Source: an uncultured Gammaproteobacteria bacterium (GTDB lineage Bacteria > Patescibacteriota > Patescibacteriia > SG8-24). Taken from it: 64,000 nucleotides of DNA. Position 1 is the stretch's first letter. Each line of letters begins with the position of its first letter. The position numbers were made by a program, and so were the translations under genes. Location of the stretch: the NCBI GenBank assembly GCA_964491475.1, contig CAZBFO010000002.1, positions 16,501-80,500 of the forward strand, written 5' to 3'. The notes below the pieces were generated by a model, which saw only the letters and a program-made list of their open reading frames with translations, did no database searches and was not told the DNA's origin. Positions 8,217 through 17,636 of this stretch are shown piece by piece.

Positions 8217-11200
8217 ATGGCCAAATTTCACCTTCCGACAATCGAAGAGGAGCAACTCGCCAAATGGGACGAACGCAAGGTCCTGAAGCAGGTTTTTGAG
8301 CGCAGCAAGGACGGCTCGCGAAAGCCGTTCGTCTTTTTTGAAGGTCCGCCGACCGCCAACGGCAAGCCGGGCATTCACCACCTGCTCGCCCGATCCTTCA
8401 AGGACGTGCTGTTGCGGTTCAAGACCATGCAGGGCTATCGCATCGACCGCAAAGCCGGCTGGGACACGCACGGCCTGCCCGTCGAGTTGGAAGTCGAGAA
8501 GCAGTTGGGTTTCACCAAGAAGCAGGACATCGAGCAGTTCGGCATCTCTGCTTTCAATGCCAAGTGCCGCGAGTCCGTTTGGAAGTACCTGGACCTGTGG
8601 CAGAAGAGCACGCGCCGCGTGGCTTTTTGGGTGGACATGGAAAACCCGTACATCACTTATAAGAACGATTTCGTGGAGTCGCTCTGGTCGATTTTTAAGG
8701 AAATCGACAAGAAACGCCTGCTTTATAAGGGGTATCGCGTGACGCCGCACTGCCCGCGGTGCGTGACTTCGCTGTCTTCGCATGAGTTGGCGCAGGGGTA
8801 TAAGAATACGGAGGATCCGAGCGTGTTTGTGAAATTCCCGGCGGCCGGTCGCAAGAACACTTTCTATCTCGTTTGGACCACCACTCCCTGGACGCTGTCC
8901 GCAAACGTCGCCCTGGCAGTCGGTCCGAAGGTCGTCTACGTCGAGGCAAAGATGAAAGAGACGGGCGAAGTGCTGATTCTCGCCGAAGAACGTCTTTCGG
9001 TCCTAGACGGAGCATTCGACATCGTGAAGAAAGGTTCTTGGGAAAGTGACTTGTTTTCTGGCACGCTGACTGACGATTTCGGTCGTGGTTATGAGCCACT
9101 CTACGGTCAGGCTATGCCCGAAAACGAACAATATAAAAATCACGCCTACAGGATTTACCCTGCCGATTTCGTGTCAACGGGTGACGGTACGGGCATCGTG
9201 CACATCGCGCCAGCCTTCGGTGAAGACGACGCCACTCTTGGCAGGAAAGCCTCGTTGCCCACGCTGCTCACCGTCGACACCACGGGCATGGTGACTTCCG
9301 ACTCGCCGGGCAAGGGAAAATTCTTCAAGAAGGCTGACGAAGAAGTGAAGGCCGACCTCACTGCACGCGGCCTCCTTTACAAGAGCGGCACCATCGTTCA
9401 CTCCTACCCGTTCTGCTGGCGCTGCGACACGCCGGTGCTGTACTACGCCAAGTCTTCGTGGTACGTGCGGATGTCGTCGCTGCGCGATCAGCTCATCGCC
9501 AACAACAACCAGATCAACTGGGTGCCGTCGCACATCAAGGACGGGCGCTTCGGCGAGTGGCTCAAGGACGTGAAGGACTGGGCGATTTCGCGCGAGCGCT
9601 ATTGGGGCACGCCGCTGCCGGTTTGGCAGTGCGAATCGTGCGAAAAGACCCGTGTTATCGGCGGTTTTGACGAGATGGATGCCGCAGCCCCGCTCAAGAA
9701 CAACTACTTTTTGCAGCGTCATGGCGAGGCTTTGTCGAACGTCGGCGAGTACATCAGCAGCATTCCCGAACTCAAACCCGATCCGCTGACGGAAAAGGGC
9801 AGGGAACAAGTCGTAGCCTCGGCCAAACTGCTCAAGGAGAAGAAAATCGATTTGATTTTTGCCTCCGACATTTTACGGACCAAGGAAACGGCGGAGATTA
9901 TCTCCAAGGAGGTCGGCGTGTCGGTGATCTATGACGACCGCCTGCATGAGTTGGCCGTCGGCGCGTTCAACGGGAAGTCGATTGCCGAGTACCACAAGGC
10001 TCACGAAGGCATGGACCGTTTTGAGCAGGCTGCTGAAGGCTGTGAGTCGCACTGGGACGTGCGCCGCCGCATGGTCGCATTCTTCAAAGATATCGATGCC
10101 AAGTACCGTGGAAAGAATATCGTCATAGTCAGCCACGGCGACCCGCTGTGGCTGCTGCAGACCGCCTTCAAGGAGCTCACCAAGCAGGAAGTCCGCGACT
10201 GGCCGCACTACAACCACACCGGCCAGTTCGTGGAGATGACCTCGCCGCGCAACTTACCGTACGACACGCTCGGCATGGTCGACGTGCACCGCCCGTTCAT
10301 CGACGACGTGCAGATCGTTTGCGAGTGCTCCGGGACGATGCGCCGCGTCCCCGACGTCGCCGACGTCTGGTTCGACTCGGGCGCCATGCCCTACGCCCAG
10401 TGGCACTACCCGTTCGAGAACGCCGACCGCATCGACAGCGGCGCGAATTTTCCTGCGGATTACATCTCCGAAGCTATCGACCAGACGCGCGGCTGGTTCT
10501 ACACCCTGCTCGCAGTTTCGACGTTGCTCGGAAAGACCACGCCTCCTTATAAGAACGTCATCTGCCTCGGTCACGTTTTGGACGGCAAGGGAAAGAAGAT
10601 GTCCAAGTCCAAAGGCAACGTCGTCGACCCGTTCGAGGCCATGGACAAGTACGGCGCGGACGTCATCCGCTACTACCTGTTCACCGTGAACCAGCCCGGC
10701 GAAGCCAAGCGCTTCGACGAGAAGGCCGTCGACGAGGTCACCAAGAAGGTGTTCCTCATCCTCTGGAACGTGCTGACGTATTACAAGATGTATGCCGGTG
10801 AGGGCGCGGCTTTCGTTGACAAGGCGCTAGCTTCACCGAAGCACGAGCTGGATGCCTGGATTCTCTCGGAGACCTCGCGTTTGGTCGCTTCGGTGACCGC
10901 GCAGATGGAGGCGTACGACGTGACTGGCGCATGCCGTGAACTCGGCGCTTTCGTGAACGACCTCTCCACTTGGTACGTCCGTCGCAGCCGCGACCGCTTC
11001 AAAGCCGGCGGTGCGGAGGCTGCCGAAGCCGTGGCCACGCTCGGCTACGTGCTCGGCACCTTCGCCAAACTGACCGCCCCGTTCACCCCATTCTTGGCCG
11101 AGTCCCTGTACGCCGAACTCGGCGGCAAGGCTGATTCCGTCCATCTTCTCGACTGGCCGGACGCGGAAGCGGCAAAGGATCGCGCCGCTGCCACCGAAGA

Positions 11201-11693
11201 GCTTCGCAACCAAATGAAGAAGGTGCGCTCCGTCTGCTCGCTCGGTCTTGAGAAGCGCGCGGCCGCGTCCATGCCCGTGCGCCAGGCGCTGGCTTCGGCC
11301 ACCGTGCGCGGCAAGGGCGGCATGACCGACTGGATGAAGGAGATCGTCGCCGACGAACTTAACGTTCACGAGGTGCGCTCCGAGGAATCTTCCGGAGATA
11401 CGACTGTCGAAATCGACACCGTGCTCACCCCCGCGCTCAAGCGCGAGGGCGCCGCGCGCGACCTGGTCCGCAACGTCAACGACCTCCGCAAGACTTCTGG
11501 ACTGACGCTGCAGGACCGCGTGACCATCGTCTACTACACGGCTTCTGACTTCTGGAAGGAAACCGTCGCCGAACACGGTGCCGGCGTAATGGCCGACACT
11601 CTGGCCACCAAGATCGAAGAAGGCCAGCCGTACGAACCGAAATCGCTCTGGTTCGAGGACCACGAGATTCACGTTGCCATTGTGAAGCAGTAA
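8217..11693 (+). CDS. ileS: Isoleucyl-tRNA synthetase type 2 with inserted histidine-phosphatase domain
   Basis: EGPPTANGKPGIHH, GWDTHGLPVE, WTTTPWTL, DWAISRERYWGTP, DQTRGWF, KMSKS; insert with RHGEA...SHGD. Confidence 0.95.
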   Translation: MAKFHLPTIEEEQLAKWDERKVLKQVFERSKDGSRKPFVFFEGPPTANGKPGIHHLLARSFKDVLLRFKTMQGYRIDRKAGWDTHGLPVELEVEKQLGFTKKQDIEQFGISAFNAKCRESVWKYLDLWQKSTRRVAFWVDMENPYITYKNDFVESLWSIFKEIDKKRLLYKGYRVTPHCPRCVTSLSSHELAQGYKNTEDPSVFVKFPAAGRKNTFYLVWTTTPWTLSANVALAVGPKVVYVEAKMKETGEVLILAEERLSVLDGAFDIVKKGSWESDLFSGTLTDDFGRGYEPLYGQAMPENEQYKNHAYRIYPADFVSTGDGTGIVHIAPAFGEDDATLGRKASLPTLLTVDTTGMVTSDSPGKGKFFKKADEEVKADLTARGLLYKSGTIVHSYPFCWRCDTPVLYYAKSSWYVRMSSLRDQLIANNNQINWVPSHIKDGRFGEWLKDVKDWAISRERYWGTPLPVWQCESCEKTRVIGGFDEMDAAAPLKNNYFLQRHGEALSNVGEYISSIPELKPDPLTEKGREQVVASAKLLKEKKIDLIFASDILRTKETAEIISKEVGVSVIYDDRLHELAVGAFNGKSIAEYHKAHEGMDRFEQAAEGCESHWDVRRRMVAFFKDIDAKYRGKNIVIVSHGDPLWLLQTAFKELTKQEVRDWPHYNHTGQFVEMTSPRNLPYDTLGMVDVHRPFIDDVQIVCECSGTMRRVPDVADVWFDSGAMPYAQWHYPFENADRIDSGANFPADYISEAIDQTRGWFYTLLAVSTLLGKTTPPYKNVICLGHVLDGKGKKMSKSKGNVVDPFEAMDKYGADVIRYYLFTVNQPGEAKRFDEKAVDEVTKKVFLILWNVLTYYKMYAGEGAAFVDKALASPKHELDAWILSETSRLVASVTAQMEAYDVTGACRELGAFVNDLSTWYVRRSRDRFKAGGAEAAEAVATLGYVLGTFAKLTAPFTPFLAESLYAELGGKADSVHLLDWPDAEAAKDRAAATEELRNQMKKVRSVCSLGLEKRAAASMPVRQALASATVRGKGGMTDWMKEIVADELNVHEVRSEESSGDTTVEIDTVLTPALKREGAARDLVRNVNDLRKTSGLTLQDRVTIVYYTASDFWKETVAEHGAGVMADTLATKIEEGQPYEPKSLWFEDHEIHVAIVKQ

Positions 11694-11711
11694 GCGATAC
11701 ACTGACGGCAT

Positions 11712-12257
11712 ATGATCATCACCCTCTCCGGCACGGTCACTTACAGGGATGGGCACTATGCCGTCATCGAGAACCAGGGTTTGGGATACCAGGTGTTCAT
11801 GCCTCCCACCGCTTTGACCACGCTGACCGTCGGCAACCAGGTGAAGGTCTGGATTCACGACAACGTCAAAGAGGACGCGCACGACCTGTACGGTTTTTTG
11901 GCACAAGGCGACTACCGCCTGTTCCTCAAGCTCATCGGCGTTTCCGGCGTGGGTCCGAAGTCCGCGATGAACATGCTGGCGCTCGGTCCGTCCAAGGACA
12001 TCGAGGCCAACATCGAACGTGCAGACGTGGATTGGCTCACGCGCGTGCCAGGCATCGGCAAGAAAACGGCCCAGAAGATCGTCTTGGAACTCAAGGGCAA
12101 GCTGGCGCTGGGCGAAGGCGGGGGAGAGGACGACGTCGTCACCGCCCTCGTCAATCTCGGCTACGATCGCGAATCGGCCCGCGAGGCGCTGGTCGGCGCG
12201 AACGGCGCGACGGTCGAAGACAAGCTGCGCCAGGCCCTGCGCTCCCTCGGAAGGTAA
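11712..12257 (+). CDS. ruvA: Holliday junction branch migration protein RuvA
   Basis: LYGF, VSGVGPKSA, VPGIGKKTAQKIVLELK and ALVNLGY motifs. Confidence 0.95.
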   Translation: MIITLSGTVTYRDGHYAVIENQGLGYQVFMPPTALTTLTVGNQVKVWIHDNVKEDAHDLYGFLAQGDYRLFLKLIGVSGVGPKSAMNMLALGPSKDIEANIERADVDWLTRVPGIGKKTAQKIVLELKGKLALGEGGGEDDVVTALVNLGYDRESAREALVGANGATVEDKLRQALRSLGR

Positions 12258-12290
12258 GCGCGGCAGACGACCACGCATTCCCGCATTCAG

Positions 12291-13361
12291 ATGCTCACGC
12301 ACGTCACCAGAAACGAGCAGCAATGGGACGCTTTCGTGCAGGCGCACGGGGGCGGCTTTTTGCAATCGTGGGGCTGGTCGCAGTTTCAGGAGGCCATCGG
12401 CAGGCACGCGCTCCGTTTCCGCGTGAACGGCGGTGCCACCGAGCAGGACGCGGGCGACACTTTGGCCCAGTTCGTGCTGATCGAGATGCCGTTGCCGTTC
12501 GGATTTCGTTATGCCTACGTGCCGCGCGGCCCCATTGTGAAGCTGACGGACAGCAGCAAGGCGAACACCGCCAGCGTCGTCAGTTGCATCGAGGCCGTGC
12601 ATCAGAAGGTGGCCCGCGACCGGTTGGCTTTCGCCAAAGTCGAATGGCCGTGGCCGCTCGGTGCAGAAGTGGTCACCCCCAAGGCAGCGGAAAAATGGGG
12701 CTTCAAGTATGCCGGACACGTGCAGCCGCAACACACGGTCATCGCCGACTTGACCAAGTCCGAAGAACAACTCCTTGCCGCCATGCACCAGAAGACGCGC
12801 TACAACATCCGCGTGGCGGAAAAGCACGGCGTGACTTTCCGCGAGGCGCTGCGTGACGACGCTCACCTCTTTGAGCACGACGTCGAAGTCTTTTGGGGCA
12901 TGCTCGACGAGACCGCCAGCCGTGACAAGTTCAGCACGCATGAGCGCAAGTACTACCGCACCATGCTCGACGTGCTTTCGCCCAAGAAGAGCGAGGGTTT
13001 GCGCACGCGGATGTTCTTCGCCGAATACCAGGGTCGGGCCGTCGCAGCGGCGATGACCGGCGAGTTCGGCGACACCGTCACCTACTTGCATGGCGCTTCC
13101 GTGGCCGGCGATCGCAAGGTGATGGCCCCGTACCTGCTGCATTGGCACATCATGAAAGACGCCAAGGCGCGCGGTTTCGCCAAGTACGATTTTTGGGGAG
13201 TCGCCCCGTCTGACGATGCGGAGCATCCGTGGGCAGGCATCACTCGTTTCAAGACCGGTTTCGGCGGCGACCGCGTCGAATACTTGGGGGCGTGGGAGTT
13301 GCCGGGCAACCGCCTTTGGTATACCCTCTACCGGTACGCAAAACGGCTGCGGCGGCTGTAG
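12291..13361 (+). CDS. FemAB/FemX-family peptidoglycan bridge peptidyltransferase
   Basis: FLQSWGW, YVPRGP, KTRYNIR, YDFWG and GITRFKTGFGG motifs. Confidence 0.9.
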   Translation: MLTHVTRNEQQWDAFVQAHGGGFLQSWGWSQFQEAIGRHALRFRVNGGATEQDAGDTLAQFVLIEMPLPFGFRYAYVPRGPIVKLTDSSKANTASVVSCIEAVHQKVARDRLAFAKVEWPWPLGAEVVTPKAAEKWGFKYAGHVQPQHTVIADLTKSEEQLLAAMHQKTRYNIRVAEKHGVTFREALRDDAHLFEHDVEVFWGMLDETASRDKFSTHERKYYRTMLDVLSPKKSEGLRTRMFFAEYQGRAVAAAMTGEFGDTVTYLHGASVAGDRKVMAPYLLHWHIMKDAKARGFAKYDFWGVAPSDDAEHPWAGITRFKTGFGGDRVEYLGAWELPGNRLWYTLYRYAKRLRRL

Positions 13362-13376
13362 GCCGCAGCGGCGCGA

Positions 13377-13451
13377 GCACCCGTAGTTCAACGGATAGAA
13401 CGCGAGCCTCCGAAGCCTGAGATCCAAGTTCGATTCTTGGCGGGTGCACCA
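13377..13451 (+). tRNA. tRNA-Arg(CCG)
   Basis: Cloverleaf with GCACCCG/CGGGTGC acceptor, anticodon loop CT-CCG-AA, T-loop TTCGATT, encoded CCA. Confidence 0.92.
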
Positions 13452-13486
13452 CGTAAAAACACCAGCAAAACTGGTGTTTTTACGTG
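13450..13486. terminator. Terminator-like inverted repeat after the tRNA
   Basis: cacgtaaaaacaccag / ctggtgtttttacgtg 16-bp inverted repeat. Confidence 0.65.
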
Positions 13487-13569
13487 CCTGAAGCTGCCAG
13501 GAAAAGAAAACCTTTTGCAAACGGTGTCCGCAGAGTATACTCGTCATATCATTCAAACTCACAGAAGAT

Positions 13570-14124
13570 ATGCGTGGTGAATTTAGTCCTTCCCCCGAAC
13601 AGATGGGTCTTCCCAAGGAGGCAGACAAGGCGGAAAAAACGGAATCTGCGTCAGAGAAGGAGAGCGACGCGGTTACGGCATCGCAGGAACGGGTCGCCAG
13701 CGTCGGTAGTCAGCTCCATGAAATATGGCGTGGGCCGCGGTGGCGGGAAGAAACGAAGGATTACGAGCCCAGAATAAAGAAAACGAAAGATCAGGCATGG
13801 TCCGAGTCTCATGGAGGAGCGACAGAGGTCGACATCGCAAATACCGCGTACGAGGAACTGCCTAGCGACTGGCAGGGCGAAAACAAGATTTCGGCCGAAG
13901 TCGCCGTTAATGAAGTTGAAAGGGCGATGGAAGCCGGAGAGCAGCTTGACGAGGCCTTCGTTGAGGCAGCCAGTTCAGTGCTCCATGACCGATGGCTGGA
14001 GAGGAACGGCAGTTGGGCTTCGCCGGAACAGAAGGTGCCTTATCAGCAGCTTTCGGAGGAAGAAAAGGAAAAAGACAGGGTTATCATACGAAAGGCGATT
14101 GAGGCCTGTAAGAAAAAGGAATAA
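13570..14124 (+). CDS. Hypothetical protein with RyR-repeat-like motifs
   Basis: Two H-x-x-W...(P/A)Y-x-x-L repeats; the second ends VPYQQLSEEEKEKDR, resembling the RyR domain consensus. Confidence 0.6.
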   Translation: MRGEFSPSPEQMGLPKEADKAEKTESASEKESDAVTASQERVASVGSQLHEIWRGPRWREETKDYEPRIKKTKDQAWSESHGGATEVDIANTAYEELPSDWQGENKISAEVAVNEVERAMEAGEQLDEAFVEAASSVLHDRWLERNGSWASPEQKVPYQQLSEEEKEKDRVIIRKAIEACKKKE

Positions 14125-14136
14125 GGATTTGTTTTC

Positions 14137-14176
14137 GTCACAAAAGGCCGCGTGAAAGCATGCGGCCTTTTGTGAC
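14137..14176. terminator. Intrinsic terminator
   Basis: gtcacaaaaggccgc...gcggccttttgtgac inverted repeat. Confidence 0.6.
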
Positions 14177-14233
14177 ATCGGCCCTTCTGTCTTGGAGCTT
14201 GGCGTAAACTGCCGCAACGTCTAGTCTTAGGAT

Positions 14234-15364
14234 ATGTCTAAACTTCTGCCACGTGCCATCGTGCTCGACCTCGTGCACCCGAGCGTCCCCAAGGAAGACG
14301 CAGCCAGTCGGCTTAACGAAGCCGCCGGTTTGGTGACCACTTACGGCGGCGTCATCGTGGTGCATACCTTGCAGCGCCGCACGGTCCCTCACTATAAGAC
14401 CTTCATTGGGGCCGGGCAGACGCTCGCCGACATGGTCAAAAAGCATAAGGCCCAGGTGGTCATCGTCAACGAGAACATCAAGCCTCGGCAGATTTTCGAG
14501 ATCGAGAATTCGATTCGGCCGCTGCTTTCCAAGACAGAGATGCCGCAGGTGTGGGACCGCATCGACCTCATCCTCAAGATTTTCGCCAAGCACGCCAAGA
14601 CGGCCGAGGCCAAGTTGCAGATCACCCTGGCGAGCATCAGCCACATGGGCCCGCGCATTTTCCGCATGGGCATGGACCTGTCGCAGCAGGGCGGCGGCAT
14701 CGGCACGCGCGGTGCCGGCGAGACCAACACCGAGATGATGAAGCGGCATCTCGCCGCGCACGAGAAGACGGTCAAAGAGAAGCTGGATCATTACTCGCGC
14801 GTGCGCCAGACGCATCGTCAGGCGCGGCAGCGCAGCGGTTTGAAAACGGTGTCGGTAGTGGGCTACACCAATGCCGGTAAGTCCTCGCTGGTGAACGCGC
14901 TTACGCGCAAGGGCTCCTATGTGGCCGACGCGCTCTTTGCCACGCTCGACACCAGCGTCGGCAAGATTTACGTTCCCGGTTCCAACAAAGTAGTCCTGAT
15001 TTCCGACACCATCGGTTTCATCCAAGACCTTCCACCACAGCTGATTTCGGCCTTCCGATCTACGCTGGAAGAGACGGTGCAGGCGGATTTGTTGCTGCAC
15101 GTGGCAGATGAGGGCGACCCGCGTCTCGAAGAGAAGATCGCGGTCGTCGACGATATCCTGAAACAGCTGGGCGCAGACGATATTCCGCGCTGGCTGGTGC
15201 GGAACAAGGCTGACACGGTCGATCCGCGGCGCAAGAAGGGCAAGCTTCCCGCCGCAGAGGGCCGTATTCCAGAATTTCGCGTCTCGTCCAAGACTGGCGA
15301 CGGCATTAAGGACTTGAAGGAGGCCGTCGTTGCAAAGCTGGGCGAGGTGCCTGAAGCATCTTGA
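14234..15364 (+). CDS. hflX: GTPase HflX
   Basis: LILKIFAKHA, GGGIGTRGAGET, GYTNAGKSS, LFATLD, DTIGF and NKAD motifs. Confidence 0.95.
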   Translation: MSKLLPRAIVLDLVHPSVPKEDAASRLNEAAGLVTTYGGVIVVHTLQRRTVPHYKTFIGAGQTLADMVKKHKAQVVIVNENIKPRQIFEIENSIRPLLSKTEMPQVWDRIDLILKIFAKHAKTAEAKLQITLASISHMGPRIFRMGMDLSQQGGGIGTRGAGETNTEMMKRHLAAHEKTVKEKLDHYSRVRQTHRQARQRSGLKTVSVVGYTNAGKSSLVNALTRKGSYVADALFATLDTSVGKIYVPGSNKVVLISDTIGFIQDLPPQLISAFRSTLEETVQADLLLHVADEGDPRLEEKIAVVDDILKQLGADDIPRWLVRNKADTVDPRRKKGKLPAAEGRIPEFRVSSKTGDGIKDLKEAVVAKLGEVPEAS

Positions 15365-15389
15365 CAAAAGGCCGATTTTGTGCTATATT
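15361..15389 (+). promoter_or_regulatory. sigma70 promoter
   Basis: TTGACA-17 nt-TATATT with extended TG. Confidence 0.6.
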
Positions 15390-15443
15390 GAGGCTAGTTT
15401 GTTCCTGAAATGCATTGTACATCCCACGAATGAGGAGTCACAC

Positions 15444-15650
15444 ATGACCAAGATCGTTCGCGATTTCGCCCTCCAGATCGAGCTCGGCGGTGGATGCTGC
15501 AATGGTTCCGTGGGGATTCGCGTGACCGTCGACGAGCTCGGCAAGGTCACCGTCGAACCCAACTACGGGTGCAACGAGCATCCGGATCACCACTTCGACA
15601 AGGGGCACGGTGCCGAAATCACGGCATGCACCCCGATTCGTCCGACTTAA
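15444..15650 (+). CDS. Small Cys/His-rich hypothetical protein
   Basis: Own promoter, GAGGAG RBS and downstream terminator; 68 aa with CC, C-x2-H-x2-HH and C. Confidence 0.7.
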   Translation: MTKIVRDFALQIELGGGCCNGSVGIRVTVDELGKVTVEPNYGCNEHPDHHFDKGHGAEITACTPIRPT

Positions 15651-15692
15651 AAGAAAAACCGCCTGGCAACTTTGCCAGGCGGTCTTCTTTTT
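15650..15692. terminator. Bidirectional intrinsic terminator
   Basis: accgcctggcaa/ttgccaggcggt stem flanked by A- and T-tracts. Confidence 0.7.
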
Positions 15693-15716
15693 CTTCTTCA
15701 GGCGTTCAGGCGTTTT

Positions 15717-17624
15717 CTACTGCACCCGTCCCTTTCCTGCCGCCTGCGCGTCGTTCTCGGTGGAAGTGGACAGCGGCGATGCCGAGAGCAGCATGGGGAA
15801 GCCGTTGTTCTTGTCCGTGGCTTCGAAGATGATGCCGTCGATCACCGTGGGGAACTTGCCTCGCTGGTCTTCTCCGGGCGTGATGGCGACGTCGAAGCTC
15901 AAGTTGAGCTTCTTGACGTTGATGGGCAGCCAGTTCAGGGTCCAGACCATCTTGCTGTTGGCGGCATCGAAGCGGAGGTCGCCGGCGTCGACGTTGGATA
16001 CGCCGGTGAAGCGGACATTGGTCGGGAGCTTCGCCGTCAGCTTGAGGTCTTGCAGGTCGTGGAGCGCGTTGTCGATCTGCAGCATGACGCGGTAGGTCGT
16101 GGCTTCGTCGACCTTGGGGGGAAGGGGGCCGCTGCCGACCGGAATGCCGTCGGCGTTGAAGTAGCGGAGCTCGGCGGAAAGCGCCGTGTCGCTGACGGCC
16201 TTGGCGACGACTGGGGCCGACTTGGCCACGCGGCCGGCGGTCGTCTCGTCGATCGTGCCGATGGCCGCCTGGACCGAAGCCGAAACTTGGAAGTTGCCGT
16301 CTTTCACCCCGGGGACCGGCCCGGCGGCGAAGGGAATCTCGAAGTCGAGCGTTCCTTGGTCGCCGGGATTCACTCGGCCGAGCGAAGGGATCTGTTTCTT
16401 GGTCCAAGTGATTTGGTTGCCGGAGCGGATGCCGCCGGCCTTGTCGACCAGCTGCTTCCATTGGAGCAGGCCGTCGGCTGGCGCGGAGTCCAGCATCGTC
16501 GAGAGCTGCACGTCGCCGAGCACGGCCGAGCCGGTGTTCTTATAGGTGATGGCGTAGCGGAGCGTGTCGCCGAACCGCACCGGCTGGTCTTGGCTCTTGC
16601 CGTTGAGGATGAGCGCGGTGACCAGGTCGCCCTTGATGACGTCGGTCGAAAAGGCGCCTTCCTTCTGCAGCTGAAAGGCCTCGTCGGCGTCCAGGAATCC
16701 GATGCTTCCCTTGATGTCGAGCTTGCCTTCCGCGTCGGAGGCGAACGAGCCGTCGACGGTTATCTTGCCGGCGTCGCCTGCCTTGAGCTTGGCGACGTCC
16801 CACACCTTGAGGTCGGTGTCAGCCGACGGCGGCGTGGCCTTTTCGGGGATGAAGTTCGCCGGGTAGTCAGCGTGGACCTTCAGGTGCTCGAAGTCGGAGG
16901 CGGCGTTGTTCTTGTAGGCGAAGGTCAGCGTGACCTTGTCGCCCGGAAGCACTTTCGGCGGACCGTTCACCTGCATGTCGAGCACCGAATCGGTGACGGT
17001 CATTCCCTTGGTGGTCACCTTTTGGAACTCGGAATTGAAGTCGGCCGGCCGGTAGGTGAGGATGGCCTGCAGCGTCATCTCCTTGCGCATCGGGGCGAGC
17101 ACTACGCCCTTCACGGTGATCAGGCCGTCCTTGCCGGGTGCGACCGATCCGATCTTCCAGGAATCGTTGTCACCGGCAGGGTCGGCCGAAAGCATCTTGA
17201 ATTCCTTCGGCAGGCGGAATTCCATCGAGGCCGTGCCGAGGGCGACGCGGGCGTCGTTCCTGTAATGGATGGCGTAAGTCACCGTGTCGCCGCTCTTCAC
17301 CTCGCCCGGACCTTCGACGTCCACCGTCACGCCCTCGCCGCCGAACTTGGTCGCCGCAGGGGAGAAGAAGAACACGCCAGCCCAGGACACCGCCGCCAGT
17401 ACGGCGAAGAACACCGTCAGTCCCACCAGGAACTTCTTGAATGCCGAGTGCCGTACTTGCACCAGCCTGGTCATGTCGGGCTTGGCCTCGTCGGTCGAAT
17501 CGTAGATGCTGTGCAGCTCCGCCTCCACTTCGCGCTCGTGCTCGGCGTTGTCGGGTTGCGGGATTCTCCGGTCATCGGGCAGGCCCGAGGGCTGATTTTT
17601 TTTGGGAGGGGTTCGTGGCGGCAT
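15717..17624 (-). CDS. Membrane-anchored surface protein with repeated Ig-like (DUF11-like) domains
   Basis: Single TM helix followed by repeated GDTVTY/GDKVTL/GDTLRYAITYKNTG beta-sandwich units. Confidence 0.75.
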   Translation of the reverse strand: MPPRTPPKKNQPSGLPDDRRIPQPDNAEHEREVEAELHSIYDSTDEAKPDMTRLVQVRHSAFKKFLVGLTVFFAVLAAVSWAGVFFFSPAATKFGGEGVTVDVEGPGEVKSGDTVTYAIHYRNDARVALGTASMEFRLPKEFKMLSADPAGDNDSWKIGSVAPGKDGLITVKGVVLAPMRKEMTLQAILTYRPADFNSEFQKVTTKGMTVTDSVLDMQVNGPPKVLPGDKVTLTFAYKNNAASDFEHLKVHADYPANFIPEKATPPSADTDLKVWDVAKLKAGDAGKITVDGSFASDAEGKLDIKGSIGFLDADEAFQLQKEGAFSTDVIKGDLVTALILNGKSQDQPVRFGDTLRYAITYKNTGSAVLGDVQLSTMLDSAPADGLLQWKQLVDKAGGIRSGNQITWTKKQIPSLGRVNPGDQGTLDFEIPFAAGPVPGVKDGNFQVSASVQAAIGTIDETTAGRVAKSAPVVAKAVSDTALSAELRYFNADGIPVGSGPLPPKVDEATTYRVMLQIDNALHDLQDLKLTAKLPTNVRFTGVSNVDAGDLRFDAANSKMVWTLNWLPINVKKLNLSFDVAITPGEDQRGKFPTVIDGIIFEATDKNNGFPMLLSASPLSTSTENDAQAAGKGRVQ

Positions 17625-17636
17625 AGAGTGCAAGCA

